DNA of 64,000 nucleotides from Mytilus trossulus. Lineage: Eukaryota. The stretch lies in contig NC_086386.1 of NCBI RefSeq assembly GCF_036588685.1, positions 20,274,001 to 20,338,000 of the forward strand. The letters are read 5' to 3'. Of the stretch, positions 1-15,400 are shown piece after piece. A program made the translations under genes and the position numbers. How positions within the stretch are numbered: position 1 is the stretch's first letter; every line of letters starts with the position of its first letter. Below the pieces are notes generated by a model, which searched no databases, was not told where the DNA came from, and was given only the letters and a program-made list of their open reading frames with translations.

Positions 1-284
1 AAAAATCCAATAAGATTTGATAAGTTGTAAAACAAATAGCAGCAATATGTGAACAATAAAATATATTAAATACTTAGAAATATTAAGGCTATAAAATCAT
101 TTAAGTTTGAGTCTAGTATCATTGTGTTTCAACATCCCTGATTGTCATGGTTATTGAAATATTATATGAATTATAAATAAATAATGCTTGTCTGGACACC
201 ATTATTCATATTTAATAATTATTTATGTTCTACATGCTTTGAAGTTTCCGCTGTGACTCAATTTAAAATAAGTAAATTTTATAG

Positions 285-447
285 ACTTTAGGTCCTTGTT
301 TTATGGATACAACACCGCCAGAGTTTGTTGGTGGCAGCAGTGTATTCACAGTAGAATTGTCTGGGGATTACCTTATAACTTCATGGCCTCACGACGCTGT
401 CTCTGACAGTGAAGAATTCTTTGACCTTGACTACAAGTTTGCTGTTG
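285..447 (+). CDS. Exon 1 in window (TLGPCFMDTTPP...YKFAV)
   Basis: Acceptor atag|285 (alternative ag|292); donor g|gtgagt. Confidence 0.8.
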
Positions 448-3400
448 GTGAGTCTTAACAAACCATACAACATATCAAAAATTGAAAATATATAAAACTG
501 CCTTTACCTATGAAGTTTTTGACTAATGAATGTATAATTTGTAATTCTATTTGTTTTATTGCGTTATTTTTTATGGTTATTTATTTTGAAAAACAGTTAT
601 AGATGCGCTGTAGATTTTTGACAAAAAAGCAGACAAGGCTAGAATTAATTTTAGTGTCACACCACGCATATTTCAGCAACATATTGTCACAACCCAATAA
701 CAACATATCTACTTTTTTCTTCGTTTAAAGTTTATCGATATAAAAATGAATATTTACTTTATGACATTTAGTACATATTTTAGAGATGTTGAGTCAAAAC
801 TTAACGGCAAGTTTCTGCAAATAAAGGCAACAATAGTATACCGCTGTTCGGAATTCATCAATCGATTGAAAAAAAAACAGATCCGGGTTACAAACTAAAA
901 CTGAAAAACACATCAAGTATAAGAGGAGATCGACGACACACAGAAACACAACACTATAATGCAATACACATCGAAACAAACTATAATATGACAATGGCCA
1001 TTTTCCTGACTTGGTATATGACTTGAAAGGAAAATGGTGGGTTGAACCTAATTGTGTGGCTATCCAAACCTCTCACTTTTATGGCAAAGTTTAATACAAC
1101 ACTAAAACGACAGCATTACATGACATGAATACACTAAAATAAATCCAGGACAGAGAATTATGCAAATAATAGCTCAAAGGTACCACGTTTATACGATACT
1201 ACGCCAGACACGCGTTTCGTCTTCATAAGACTCATCATTGACGGTCAAATAAAAAAGTTCGGAATCCAAAACAAATGGAAAGTTTAAGAGCATTGATGAG
1301 CACAAGTTCCAAAAATGTGTGCCTAATACGGCTTATGTTATTTGCCTGGAATAAGAAAATCTTATTTTAGAATAATTCTTACTTTTGCAAACAATAAATT
1401 TATAAAAAGGACTATATAATAGATAAACATGTTAACACTGACTAACTACAGAATAAAATAAAAACAAATACATAAAACAACCTTTATCAGCACATCAAAA
1501 GGCACAGCCGAACAAAGGAGGGACGAAATATACCAAAGGGACAGTCAAACTAATAAATCTTAAATAAACTGAATACTGGGCGACGTTCGAGCCAGTTTCC
1601 TGTTTGATCTTTGTAAATTCATGCAACTGCAGTTTTGCTACTGGTCTGATGATGTCCTCGAGGACATAATGCCCACCAGCAGAGACATCGACTCAGTGGT
1701 TATAAAAGAGGGACGAAAGATACCAACCAAACAGACAGTCAAACTCATAAATCTAAAATAAACCGAATACTGGATCACGTCCGAGCCAGTGTCTTGTTTG
1801 ATATTCGTAAATTCATGCAATTGTTGTTTTGCTACTAGTCGAATGATGTCCTCGGGGACAAAATGCCCACCAGCAGAGACACCGACCCAGTGGTTATAAA
1901 AGAGGGACAAAAGATATCGAAGGGACAGTCAAACTCATAAATCTAAAATAATCTGAATACTAATAATTCCTGTTTGATCTTCGTAAATTTATGCAATTGT
2001 AGTTTTGCTACTGGCCGGATGATGTCCTATATGTTAGACGAAGAGATCAACGCAGAAAAGTGACGTCCCATTTAAATTCTAAAAATTTCCAAAAATAGGA
2101 TAATAGAAGTTTAAGATTATTTTTGTAATAAAGATTTACATATAACATGTATTGATAACAATGAAAATTACAATACGTATCAATATACAATTGTAATGGT
2201 AATTGGATAATTAATTGTATTATCGTGCTTTGTCGGAATATTTTCTAAATCATACTGTAAACTAAATACATCGTATAAATTAAGTTGATCCAAACTAAAA
2301 TCTTATAAATGAACTGATTGGTTAATAGAATAGAAACAAATAAGAATAAAAATACAACTAAAAACTATAAGATATTTGACAAAATCCGATAAGAATAACA
2401 AATATAACATCAAAACCAAATACCTGAACTTTTGATAAAAATACCATTACACGTTATAAAGCAATGCGAATTCACATTCAGCGAAACAGTCACCATCGGG
2501 AATAAGTCACGTTCGGTACTAAAAAGATCAGACGACGTAATGGCAAACCACAATCTAAAACAGCTATTATAAATTTCACAATGAGAGGATAAATTTTTAT
2601 GTAGGTGTAATTTTGTATGTCTAGCTTGCAGTTACTGATATGATTGTCAATAAGAAAGTTATTACTTGTACATCTAGTGACGTAGATGAACTCATTTTTA
2701 TAAACCTTAGCTTTATGAAAAATTGCTTGAGAACTGTATACTAGTATACTGCCTAGCTCCCATAAATTCTAGAACATGTCATTGGTTGAAGCGATAGCGT
2801 GTAGATCGTGTATCTTTAATTTTGGTTAGAAGGTCAATAAGTGACGAAAATGCTGATTAACGATTAAAATTCACATTTGAAACTAACGAGTTGTTTTTGT
2901 TGGTATTTTGTTTTTATAAAACAATGAAAGAGGGGTCTTTGTATTAGAGGTCCCTAAATGCCAGATGTTAAGATAGTTGTTAAGATAACTTTGTTACACT
3001 GTGTATCAGTAACCTAATACAATGTATAGTTGCATAGAAAATTCAATATCAGGTTCCATCGTCATTGTCACAGGATTTAAGAATACATCCAGTTAATACC
3101 AGGATAAAGACAATACAACTCATGTTCCTTTGTTTTTGAAATTGCATAGAGACCCTTACATGTCTGTTGAAGGATTCGTGTGTTAATATTTGATTGACCT
3201 TAACCAGTCATTTCCTAGAATGCACAACTACTGAAGATGTAACAATGCAGCACATTTAACATAAATGAATATAAGTATTTTCAATAGAAAAGAATTCTAC
3301 AATAATAACAGGTACAATAACTTTTAGGTCACAGCTCATTCGGTACAGACGTTCAAGGTTTCCAACAATTACAATCAGGAGATAGCTGTACTGTGACTTA

Positions 3401-6400
3401 CCCACCTCATTGTACAGCAGTTAATATATCAGATATGGAATGGTTCCTGCATGGCCACCACACATACTATGTGTCAATCAAAATAACCAACAGTGCAGGA
3501 CTGGTAACCATTCAGACATCTGATTCATATATTCATGATGTTCAATTACCAGCTAATGGAGTTATTATAGACATTGACCCAAAGGTTTGCTAGTCTTCAT
3601 TTGATTTGTATTTATATCATAGATACAGTATATATCATGTCTAATAGAACAGAAAAAAGCATGTTTTATTTTTGTCTGTTCTTTTGAAAAATCTATAGTT
3701 TGTGAAAAAAAGAAAATCAGAAATTATTTAAGTTATAATTTCAAGTTAGATTAAAATGCAAGCTGTAAGGAAAAGTAAAATAACAAAAATAACGAACTCC
3801 GAATTAATTTCGAAAGGAAAAACCATAAAAAGAGTCAAATCAAAAGCTCAAAACACATCAAACGAATAAATAACAGCTTTCATATTTCTGACTTCGAAAC
3901 AGGCGTTTTCTTGCTTGTAAGAAAGTCGCATACAATTCCATTATATTGACAAAGCAGTTTTCATTCCACTTGTTATGTCCCGCCTACGATATTAGAGGTG
4001 CTTTATGTTTTCTGGTCTGTGGCTACGTTCGTTTGTCCGTCTGTGCGTCCGTTCCGGTTAAAGTTTTTGGTCAAGTTAGTTTTTGATGAAGCTGAAGTCC
4101 AATCAAATTGAAACTTAGTACATATGTTCCCTATAGTATGATCTATCTAATTTTAATGCCAAATTAGATTATTACCCAATGTCATGGTTCATGGAACATG
4201 GAAAAGGATAGTGCAAGTGGGGCATCCGTGTACTTTGGACACATTCTTGTTTTTTCTTAGTTTTTAATCTATTAACAAGGTGAATGTAAATAAAACAATT
4301 CATATTGAAACCAGTATTAGAACACCTTGTTTAGTAATAGAAAACTTTCTCTTATTCTTACTGTCAATGACTCTGTTTAAATTATATGTTATTTTTGTTA
4401 TATTGCAAGACAAAACGTCATTGTTTGCTTTCCTGATATTATTGTTTTGTTTCTTTCAGGATTATATTACTGATATTCCACTCACAGTAAGATTAAATTT
4501 TAGCATTAAGCATATCAAGTTATTATTTCACATGATAAGAAAAAAAGTCAACGAGTACCTTTATCAATAATTGCTTCAATTCTGGTTTATAAATGGTTAG
4601 TTTCGTAAAATAATTGATAGTAACATTTAGTGTTTTAGAAATAATACATTATAAGGTCTGTAAGATTATGAAATAGTCTAGTTTTAAATGTAATTCCCAT
4701 CTGATTTTTTTAGGACATAGAAGATGTAGATTTTCATACATCTACCTCCAGTATAGCAGCACGATGGTCTGGGTTTGCACATCCACATCTAAATGTAACC
4801 TACAAGATAAGTATCGGTACAACAGCAGGAGGAAGTGATGTTTTGTCAATGAAAGATGTCGGTAAAAATTTGTCTCACCACGAACCAGGATTGTCATTGA
4901 CACCATTTGAGGTAAGATATGTAATATACTTGGTAAAATTCATTTCTCTTTTAAATTGAAATATAGGTAATTTCAGATAGATTGCTGGTTTATAGATTTA
5001 AGATGTAAGAGCAGTTTAATAAGAACCATGATCTCTAAGAAAAAAACACCCAAACTATTAAATTTAGTAAAACTATATAGTAATATAATTAATGTTTAAT
5101 TCTTTTTTATTTTATCATTTATTTCTGAAATTAACATTTTAAGGAATATTCGATCATAACCATTATAACTGCTGAAAACTACAAATATCACAGACATGTA
5201 AGATTAAGATTTAATTAAAGTTTGAAATGTATAATTTCTGTTTAAAAACAATAGTTTATAAAATTGAGAATGGAAATGGGGAATGTGTCAAAGAGACAAC
5301 AACCCGACCAAAATAAAAAAACACACAACAGCAGAAGGTCACCAACAGGTCTTCAATGTAGCGAGAAATTCCTGCACCCGGAGGCGTCCTTCAGCTGGCC
5401 CCTAAACAAATATATACTAGTTCAGTGATAATGAACGCCATACTAATTTCCAAATTGTACACAAGAAACTAAAATTTAAATAATACAAGACTAACAAAGG
5501 CCAGAGGCTCCTGACTTGGGACAGGCGCAAAAATGCGGCGGGGTTAAACATGTTTGTGAGATCTCAACCCTCTCCCTATACCTCTAACCAGTGTAGAAAA
5601 GTAAAAGCATAACAATACGCACATTAAAATTCAGTTCAAGAGAAGTCCGAGTCTGATGTCAGAAGATGTAACCAAAGAAAATAAACAAAATGACAATAAT
5701 ACATAAATAACAACAGACTACTAGCAGTTAACTGACATGCCAGCTCCAGACTTCAATTAAACTGACTGAAAGATTATGATTTCATCATATGAACATCAGG
5801 CACAATCCTTCCCGTAAGGGGTTTAGTATCATACCATCATAACATATATGAGAAGAACATAACCCGTGTCATGCCAACAACTGTTTTTAGATTATTTAAC
5901 TGTTATGTAGATTTTAATAAAAGGTTGGAGGCCGTACGGTGACCTATAGTTTTTAATGTTTGTGTCATTTTGGTCTTTTTTGGATAGTTGTCTAATTGGC
6001 AATCATACCACATCTTCTTTTAATGTTGGGTAACTTCTTTCACACGTTAAAATAGGTTATTTTTGATTGTTTATAAGCTTTTGTATTAACATATTTGTAG
6101 TATTTTATATTAATTAGTACATGCAATTTCTTTTTTTTCAGACATACTATTTTACTGTGACTGCTATAAGTTCAGCAGGTAACACAGCAGTGTCGTCTGA
6201 TGGTGTTACCATAGTAACAGAAAATGATGCCTTGTCAGGAATTACAATTAATGATGGAAAACCCTGTAACATGACTGGTAAGTTTCAGTTTTGTTACAGT
6301 AAAAGGTCTGAAAAATAAACTTGAGTCAAAAAAATGTATACAGATTTTGGAATATGTGAGACAACTAATTCCAAAATTTTGTTCGCTCAATGGTTATATT

Positions 6401-9400
6401 CAATTATGGTATTTTTACATCATTTTAACATGTTAACGTCTTGAGTACTAGATTATTACTATTTGACTTAAGGACGTCATACAGTTTGAAAATGTAGTTG
6501 TGACTTTTTTTAACCAGCATATTGAAAAACAAATTATGCATATTCTATGGTGTTCTAATTGTTTACACTATTTCATTTTCTTTATAATATGTCAGAGTTG
6601 TTACTACTAGTATCAGTTTAACAATGAAACAGCCCTCGATTCTGTCTTTTCTTTATGAAAAGGGTTGTAATATGGTAATTGTCAGTCCTGTGATGTGGTA
6701 TATTTGTTTGATAAAACAAACTCTAATAGAAATGATTGAGTGAGCATACTGATTAAAATGCTGGCAAACAATTTCATTTGCATTGAACTGTTACTATTGT
6801 AACCATGTGTTATTTCTGTTTCAGATTTAACGTTGGCCCATCATGAGGATGTAAGTTTAAATAAAACATAGCAACCATATATATATATATCCATCAATTT
6901 TTTTTTTATCTAATTACGTACATTTAGTCATAAAGAAATGCTGTAAATGTTGTGATTAATGGCAGACTTTTATTTGCACTATGCTAGATAGTTGTTCATT
7001 GTCATTCATTCACATCACCATATTTATATTATAAACAGTTAACTCAGCCCTATAAGGATAACTTAAGAAAATAAGTAGGTTATCAGAATCTTCATCAAAT
7101 TCTGAACTGTTGATTTTAAATCTCAATTAAGGACAATATCTCATCCAAATTAGTTATGTTTCATTAGCGTTTAGAAATGAAACAGACAGAACATGCATTT
7201 TTCCTGTTCGAGAATGGATAAAAAACAAATGTCCTTTGTTTTAATTTCAATACATATTAATGTATTCTATTGAACAATGCAAGGATCACAACTTGAATAG
7301 CTAAATGTCTTGAAATCAGTATAAATAAATGTCAATATAATTCTGATGTAGGACAACAGAATATATTGTGCAGATGATGTTGATGTTCAGATGTCCACTA
7401 GCTCTCTTAAAGCTTACTGGTCTGTACCAGTAGGTATACAACCATACACCACAGATGCTTACATTGCTATAGAAAAACGAACTGGGGTAGGAAGTAAGTT
7501 GGAATTTACAAGGAGAATTAATTATCTCTTCAAAAGAGTTGCATATTCATAAAAAAAATCTAGAACTTAAGTTGCAAATATCTTTTTTTTTTAAAACTAT
7601 TACATTTTAATGTTTGGTTTTAAATTAAAATGATCCATAAAAAAGTTACAATTAAAGGCTTCATCAGACCTTTGCTGTATTCCAAACACTAATTAAAATC
7701 TGAATTAACCAGACATTTTTTAAACACCACACAGAAATATATTTATTCCGTGGTTAGTGTGACACATATGAAATAAATCATGCTACGGTTTACTTCAGAA
7801 GTATAAAAAAGAACAGTTTTAGAAAACAGTGTCTGTTATTTTCTGATCAGTCAATGGTATTATTATTTTTCCCATGTCCCAAAACATCACTGAGCCTAAA
7901 ATGTTTTTGATGTGTTTTCAGATATGTGGACCATTTTTCGAGATTTTGTCCATTATGCCACTGTTTTTGATGTTAGTATAGATGATCTAATATTAAATCC
8001 AGGAATTAAATACCGAATAGTACTGAAACTGTGTGCGAGAACCATTTGTTTCCAAACTGTTCACACTGATGGTGTAATGGTTATGGCAAATCCTCCAATA
8101 GCAGGAGACATTACCATAAAACATCTAAATACCACAGTAGGAAACGGAGTTGAGAAGGTCAGTACGTTACAGTTAAGATCAACGTTTACATTTGATGAGT
8201 TTAGTTTAAACATATTTATTTATAGTGGATTGGGACTTACAACTTATATCAATCCCTTTCCACTTTACGGGTGCGAGTGCTGCTTTGTAGTGGCATTAGC
8301 CTGCTCTTTTTGATGAGATTAGAAAAGAGTCACCTTTCAATAAGAGCTGTTTGAGATGAATGGTTAATAAAATGGAGTAAAACATAAGTCAAAACACCAA
8401 AAAATATTTTGACATAGATATAAGACAAACAAAATAGCTAACAGGTACATTAACAACGGAAATATGAAAAAAATATCGAAATATATAAAAAATAGTTTCA
8501 TATACTTGTAAATTAGCAACAAAATTGACGCTGAACGTTCATAAGCAAGCATCGATTAATGAATTGAACTACGATATGGTTTTCCAATTCATGTCTAATG
8601 TTATGTGTTAAAGAGTGTGCACTTTTTGTATGTTTTACTGATTTCATACCAACAGTTCATTCATGTATTCAGTGTATTACTTAAACCAGTCTTGATGATT
8701 GTGTATAAGTTACCATTGTTTTTAGTTTCTGGATTTTTTTAAACTTGAGATTAACATATCTTAAATTGATTCCAGGAGAAGCTTTACTAGAAATATTCAT
8801 ACAATATCGAATATGAATAGGAATCAACCCTCTCAAAAAAGATTTTTGAAAACGTGATGTGTAGAAATTTCAGTTGTTATGATTTCATGAATTTTGGCAA
8901 ATATGAATTCATTGAGTCTGTTGATGAAAGCAAGGTATTCGGCCAATATTATATTGATTTATTTTGGGCTTCTGAAGAATAAGATTGTAAGCAACTGTTT
9001 TAAAGAATACAAATGTATCTGAAAATTGTCATATTTGGTTTCTATATACAGCTGTTTTATACAACTGTTGAAATGTGTAAATAGTTTTTAAAATATTATT
9101 TTCAGTTATCGGTGTCTTTTACTCAATTTTATGACCCTGATATTGAGGATGAAACAGAAAAATATGCTGCTGTTGACAAGTATGAGTTTGCCATCACAGA
9201 TAACTCTGTACTCGGTAAACCTTATATGACATGGACTAATCTGGTCACCTATACAACTACTGCAAATCAGGTAAAATTAATAGCAATGTCGTATTGTGAC
9301 CTTTCACCTAATACATTTACATAATTAGGACTCTGTTGAAAAGTTACCTTATAGGCTAATATGCCTCATCTCTTTCATTTTATTTAGTATATGGCAAAAA

Positions 9401-12400
9401 TGATGTAGATTTTGTGGTTTTCAGCTTTTTTTAAAGTTTATATTTATTCATAGATAAGGTATTAAGTCTTTTAAATACAGATGGAAAGGAGTAGATGTAG
9501 ATATATATCAATGAGAATATACCTAAATGACGCCAATGACACAAACATAGATTTGTACTAAATTAGACATGATAAAATTAGGTATCAGGATTATGAGAAC
9601 ATGCCAAACAGTCTGATCCATTTTCACATCTAGCGTTCAACAACCTAAAAACTGTAGATTTGTACCTATAAGAACATGTATTAGACCGTTGGTTTTCCCG
9701 TTTGAATGGTTTTACACTAGTAATTTTGGGGCCCTTTATAGCTTGTTGTTCGGTGTGAGCCAAGGCTCCGTGTTGAAGGCCGTTCTTTAACCTATAATGG
9801 TTTACTTTTTAAATTGTTATTTGGATGGAGAGTTGTCTCATTGGCACTCACACCACATCTTCCTATATCTATGTGTGCATTTTTCTAAGGATTTCCCTTA
9901 AATTGGTATCAAGTCTCAGCAGTCATGTGAGCATGTAATCTTGTGTTATACATTTCAACTTCCATTGCTCAACAGGTTTTTGTTTATTGAAAGCTTTAAG
10001 CAAGGGTGTCATGGGTTGAGGTTAGTTGAAATCAGGTCAGTAATTATTTATAAATATTATAAAAATTCATGCAGAATTGTTATTTTTTCAGATTTCCTTT
10101 GAATATGAGTTGAATGGTGAAATGGATTTTTCAAGATGTAAAAGATTTTCTATAAGAGGGTACAACAATGTTAAGTTATACACAACCATATCTACCGAGG
10201 TTAAAGACTGTGATGCATATAATCCGATACTGATAATACCTAATATTGTTATCGATGCTGTAGGAGAACCTGATGCTTTAGGTAATACTTATTACGTCCC
10301 TTGTCTTAACACGGCTAATTTAGCACAGTATGTGATACATCATTTATAGCGTCAGCTTGTGTAAAAAAAACCTAAACAAATGAATAATATGACGTCCTAC
10401 TAAGTCATATGCATATGTAAATAATTATCAAAGGTACCAGGATTATAATTCAATACGTCAGAGGCGCGTTTTGTCAACATAAGACTCATCAGTAACGCTC
10501 ATATCAAAATAGATAACAAGCCAAACAAGTACAAAATTGAAGAGCAATGAGGACCCAAAACGCTAAATAGATGTGCCAAATATGGCTACGGTAATCTATT
10601 CCTGGGATGATAAAGTCCTTAGTTTTTGGAAAAATTTAAAGTTTGGTCAACAGGCAATTTATCAAAATGACCATAAAATTGATATTCATGTCTGATGATG
10701 ATACCCTCGGGGACAAAACGTCTACCAGCAGTGGCATCGACCCATTGGTGTAAATAGTTATAAAAGGTATCAGAATCATAATTTGAAACGCCAGACGCGA
10801 GTTTGTACTACATAATAAAATTGAGAATGGAAATGGGGAATGTATCAAAGAGACAACAATCCAACTATAGAAAAAACAACAGCAGAAGGGCACCAACAGG
10901 TCTTAAATGTAACTAGAAATTTCCGCACACGGAAGCGTCCTTCAGCTGGCCCCTCAACACATATATACTAGTTCAGTGATAATGGACGCCATACTAATTT
11001 CCAAATTGTACACAAGACACTAAAATTAAAATAATACAAGACCAACAAACACCAGAGGCTCCTGACTTAGGATGTAACCAAAGAAAATAAACAAAATGAC
11101 AATTATACATAAATAACAATAGACTACTAGCAGTTAACTGACATGCCAGCTCCAGACTTCAATCAAACTGATTTAAAGATTATGATTTTATCATATGAAT
11201 ATCAGGCACAATCCTTCCCGTTAGGGGTTTAGTATCATACCATCATACCATATATGAGAAGAACATAACCCGTGCCGTGTCAACAACTGGTTTTTGAATA
11301 AATGTGTTTAGTTCCGATGCAAAGACCCTATAAGTGAATCAATATTAACGCCAAAATATGCAATCTTTTATGACCTGACAACAGTATCGTAACTATATCC
11401 CTTCTTAATAAGTCTATTTAAAGGTTTTGTTAGTTTCTGTGGTGAATACTGACATTTTTGTGCTTTTAAAGAATATTTCCATAAAAAAATGGATCTGAAA
11501 TACCTAAAAGTATAAGATGTCTGCATGTTGAGCTATATTTACGAATGATGTCCTTATACCGATAATAAATTTAGTAAATGTTTTAACTAGTTTGTGATAT
11601 CGAAAACCCTGGTGTAATAATTTTTCAGTAAAACATAAATTTCTCTCGTTAAAATCTTAAACATTGTTACTTACATGAGCGAATCGCACAAGTTGAGATA
11701 TTTAAACACCGTATCGTTAATTATCCATTTTTAGATAGTGACGTCTATCTAAAAATGGATAATTAACGATAGGAAATGAAAAATCATCCCTTTTATCATC
11801 AATTTCCGTTAGTGATATAGATATCAAGATCGAGGAAAGGGCAATGGTCATTGTTAGTATTAGCTTTATTTAAAGTAAGTTCAACAGGATGAATTTCTTT
11901 AGTTTACATACTGACGTCGTCATTATTTAGAGCCAAAATGTCATACAAATATCTAAAAGTATTATTAAATTTGTTTATCAGATGTTGTTTCGATGGGTCT
12001 TTGCTGATTTTTATCATAAATTGTAACTCGTAGCAATACAAAAACAGGTCCGCAATAAGTGGTGCACAGTTAGACCCCATTGGAATTCCGATAACCTGAC
12101 GATACATGGAAGCTCCAAAGCGAACAAAAATAAGACTATATGCATAATGTTATTGTCACTATAAGTTCAGCAAGCATTAATCATAAATCAAATGTTTGCT
12201 TGAAGTTCATTTGAATGCACATAAAAATCACGAGATTCTGAAGTACACTAAGTTAAAAGTACAAAATTGAATTATTTTCAGAGAGTCATGGTAAGCAGAT
12301 TTATCTGGAAGAAAATGAATATTGGCCAGAACCAGACATGGATTATACCCCATACAAGAATGTAATATCAGCTACCTGGCCTACTTTACGTCATAAGGAT

Positions 12401-15400
12401 TATGAATATGCTATATTAGATGCAAAGACTATAGATGTAACAACATATTATCGCCAGATCAGTCAGCTGAGTTTGACAATACCATGTGACCATCCTGATA
12501 GCATTAGATGTGGACATACAAGTAAGAATGCGATGCACAGAATGTTTTAAATTGTTGAATTATACATATATCAGTTCTAGATCCAAGCTAAATATACAAA
12601 CACAAATTTGAACACTACATTGTTGGCATTCGGCTGTTGTCTGCTCTATGGTCGGGTTGTTGTCGCTTTGACACATTCCTCATTTCCTTTCTTAATTTTA
12701 TTTTGTACCAAGTCAGAAATATGACAGTTGTTGTCCATCCGTTTGATGTGAATGAGCTTTTAATTTTGCCATTTGATAAGGGACGTTCGTTTTAAATTTT
12801 CCTCTTAGTTCAGTATTTGTGATTTTACTTTTTTTCATTTTGCGATAAAAGGTTAAACATTTCGGACATTAACATTTCTGTTGTAGTAAATGGATTTATG
12901 AATGAACTATTCAGTAACAATGAGCTTGTCCATGGAACCCGCTACACTGTGTGTGTACATGCTAATCCTATACAAATACCGAGAGAGACGTGGATTGAGG
13001 ATCTAGAAGAAATAAATTCCTGTAGTGATGGAATTGTTGTTGATCTGACTCCACCTGTGGCAGGAAGATTGTGGATTGGTTTAAATCCGGGTATAGTCTA
13101 TCAGGTGATTAAAGACTGATTCATGAAAAAAACCCACTCAATTAATGTCCTTCTTATTTCAATTATATAACTTTCCATTACTCAATTCTAGTCAGAGTGC
13201 TGTCATTTACAGGCTGATATTTGATATAGGTTTGTCTTAATTATAAAATTATCTGTTCTAAATTTCAGAAAGAAGTGGTATTGTAACGTATTCTAAACTA
13301 GATTTTTTATAACAGTTCATCAGTCCAGTTGGAAGTTTCAGTTCTCTATGATGTTTCATGTTAGCAGATTAGCAGTTTTTTATGACCATCTCAAATACAA
13401 ACGTGTGCTTGAGCACAAATACACCTGCAGAATGAAAAAGTACCTGTAAAAACAATAATTAGGAATCGCAGTTATACGAAAAATAGAGAAATTTGAAATT
13501 CGCGTTATTTCAACATAACAAAACTGACTTTAGCGTTGCATACATTTGATAAGATATAAACAATATTATGATTTATACTTCATAAGACTTCTAATACAGA
13601 CCTCTATATAAACTGGGATGGTTTTCGTGACGTAGAAGAATATGACACTGGACCACATGCCACTGGTATAAAAGAATATATACTGGGTATAGGTAAGCAC
13701 TGGTACATGTTTTAGAGAGTAATTAATATTATTTTTATAAAAGAGTACACACTTTGTATATGAACGTTATATATATACCAGCTGTAGATAGATAAACTCA
13801 TCATAGATATCTGGACTTAATTGTAGCTTAATGCACGTTCTGATACTTGTGTAAATCAGGACAAACGTTAACCAAAAACATGAAAAGATTGAAAAAGACA
13901 TTATCCTTTTTAAATACAAGTGTCAGTACTGAGTATTTGTAATTATTGTGCCCTGCAAACTGTAAAGGTAAACATATTGTATATTTCATGATTTTAGTGT
14001 TTACACCAGTCAAAATGGTGCTCAACTAGTTTTTATATGAGTATATATTTGGTATTTGTAATATTTAGTACAAATCAAAAGAAGCTGTCAACTCTTCGGT
14101 TATAAGTTGGTACGTCTCAATATCTGACGAAACTTCGATTTATTTAAACGTCAAAAAACACCTTTGACGCCTCATTAATTTGTCATAGAACAGTTTTTAA
14201 AATTAAGGAAAAAATCCATATATTTAAGTTTACTTACTGAAAACAATTAGGTTATTACGTTTGTTTATAACTATATATTTGACTAAGGTAATACATAAAA
14301 TGTAACCGTTATGGTTGGTTCTTTGTAAGGCATCAACAGTGGCGGATCCACTAACGGACATAAGAGGGGGCCCGCTCCAGTCACGCTTTAGTGATTCCCT
14401 ATATAAGCAACATTTTTTTTCCTAAAAAGGGGGGCCGGGCCACCTGCCCCCCCTAAATCCGCCTCTGATCAGTAATTAGAAACCGGTTGCTACTCTCAAA
14501 GATGAATAAAAAGAAGATATATGCATATCACTACAGCTACTGTACATAATGAAACAATCTAACATTAATGTATTTCAGACTTATCAACAAATGTTTAATA
14601 TTTGACAGGCACAACACCAGGCGGAAATGATGTGTATGCTTTTGAAAATGTAGGGGTGGTACAACACAAAGCTTTACATAGACTTCCTTTGCAGAATGGA
14701 TATATATATTATGCCACACTGAAAGGTTAGTTCGTATATTTATTGTGCTCCATTGCTCTTTTTATTATAAAAGTCGATCTAACTGAGATTTTAAAACCAC
14801 AAAAAAAACCACGAAAGTATCTGACTTTACAAAGAAAAAGATCTGAATAAATGTGTTCCTGTTGTTAAGAATACCCATTAGACCTTATCTGCAACTGCTG
14901 ACTCGAGATTTGCAACAATTGTTCCTAGTACCTAACGGCATAATTAAGCAATTATTTTGCTCAATGATGTTATGGAATGTTGGTTAAATAATCCAGTAAT
15001 GTTGGGAATTTGTGATACATTTGTATAAGGTGTATAAGGAAATAACCATTATAACAGTAATACACTTATTTGTATTGTCGTGATTTGAGAATTACGGAAG
15101 ACCTTCCTTAAATGCCTTCAGTTGAATTGAGTAATGAAAATGTTGCTTATTTTTAGCTGTTGATTTTGCTAATAGAGAGACAGTTAAAATTTCCGATCCA
15201 CTTACCATTGATGTTACTCCACCAGACAGAACAGATAAACCAATCACTTTGATTAACCGTCACATTACATCGACAACAGAAATAAGTCCTTGGTAAGTAT
15301 ATAAAGGTCATAAGATTGTCACATTACATTAACAACAGAAATAAGTCCTTGGTAAGTATATAAAGGTCATAAGATCGTCACATTACATCAACAACAGAAA

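Noticed and set aside
1637-1672. Plus-strand hammerhead (ctgatgatgtcctcgaggac)
   Set aside because: Lacks GAAA and stem III/cleavage site; better explained as the complement of the pseudoknot module.
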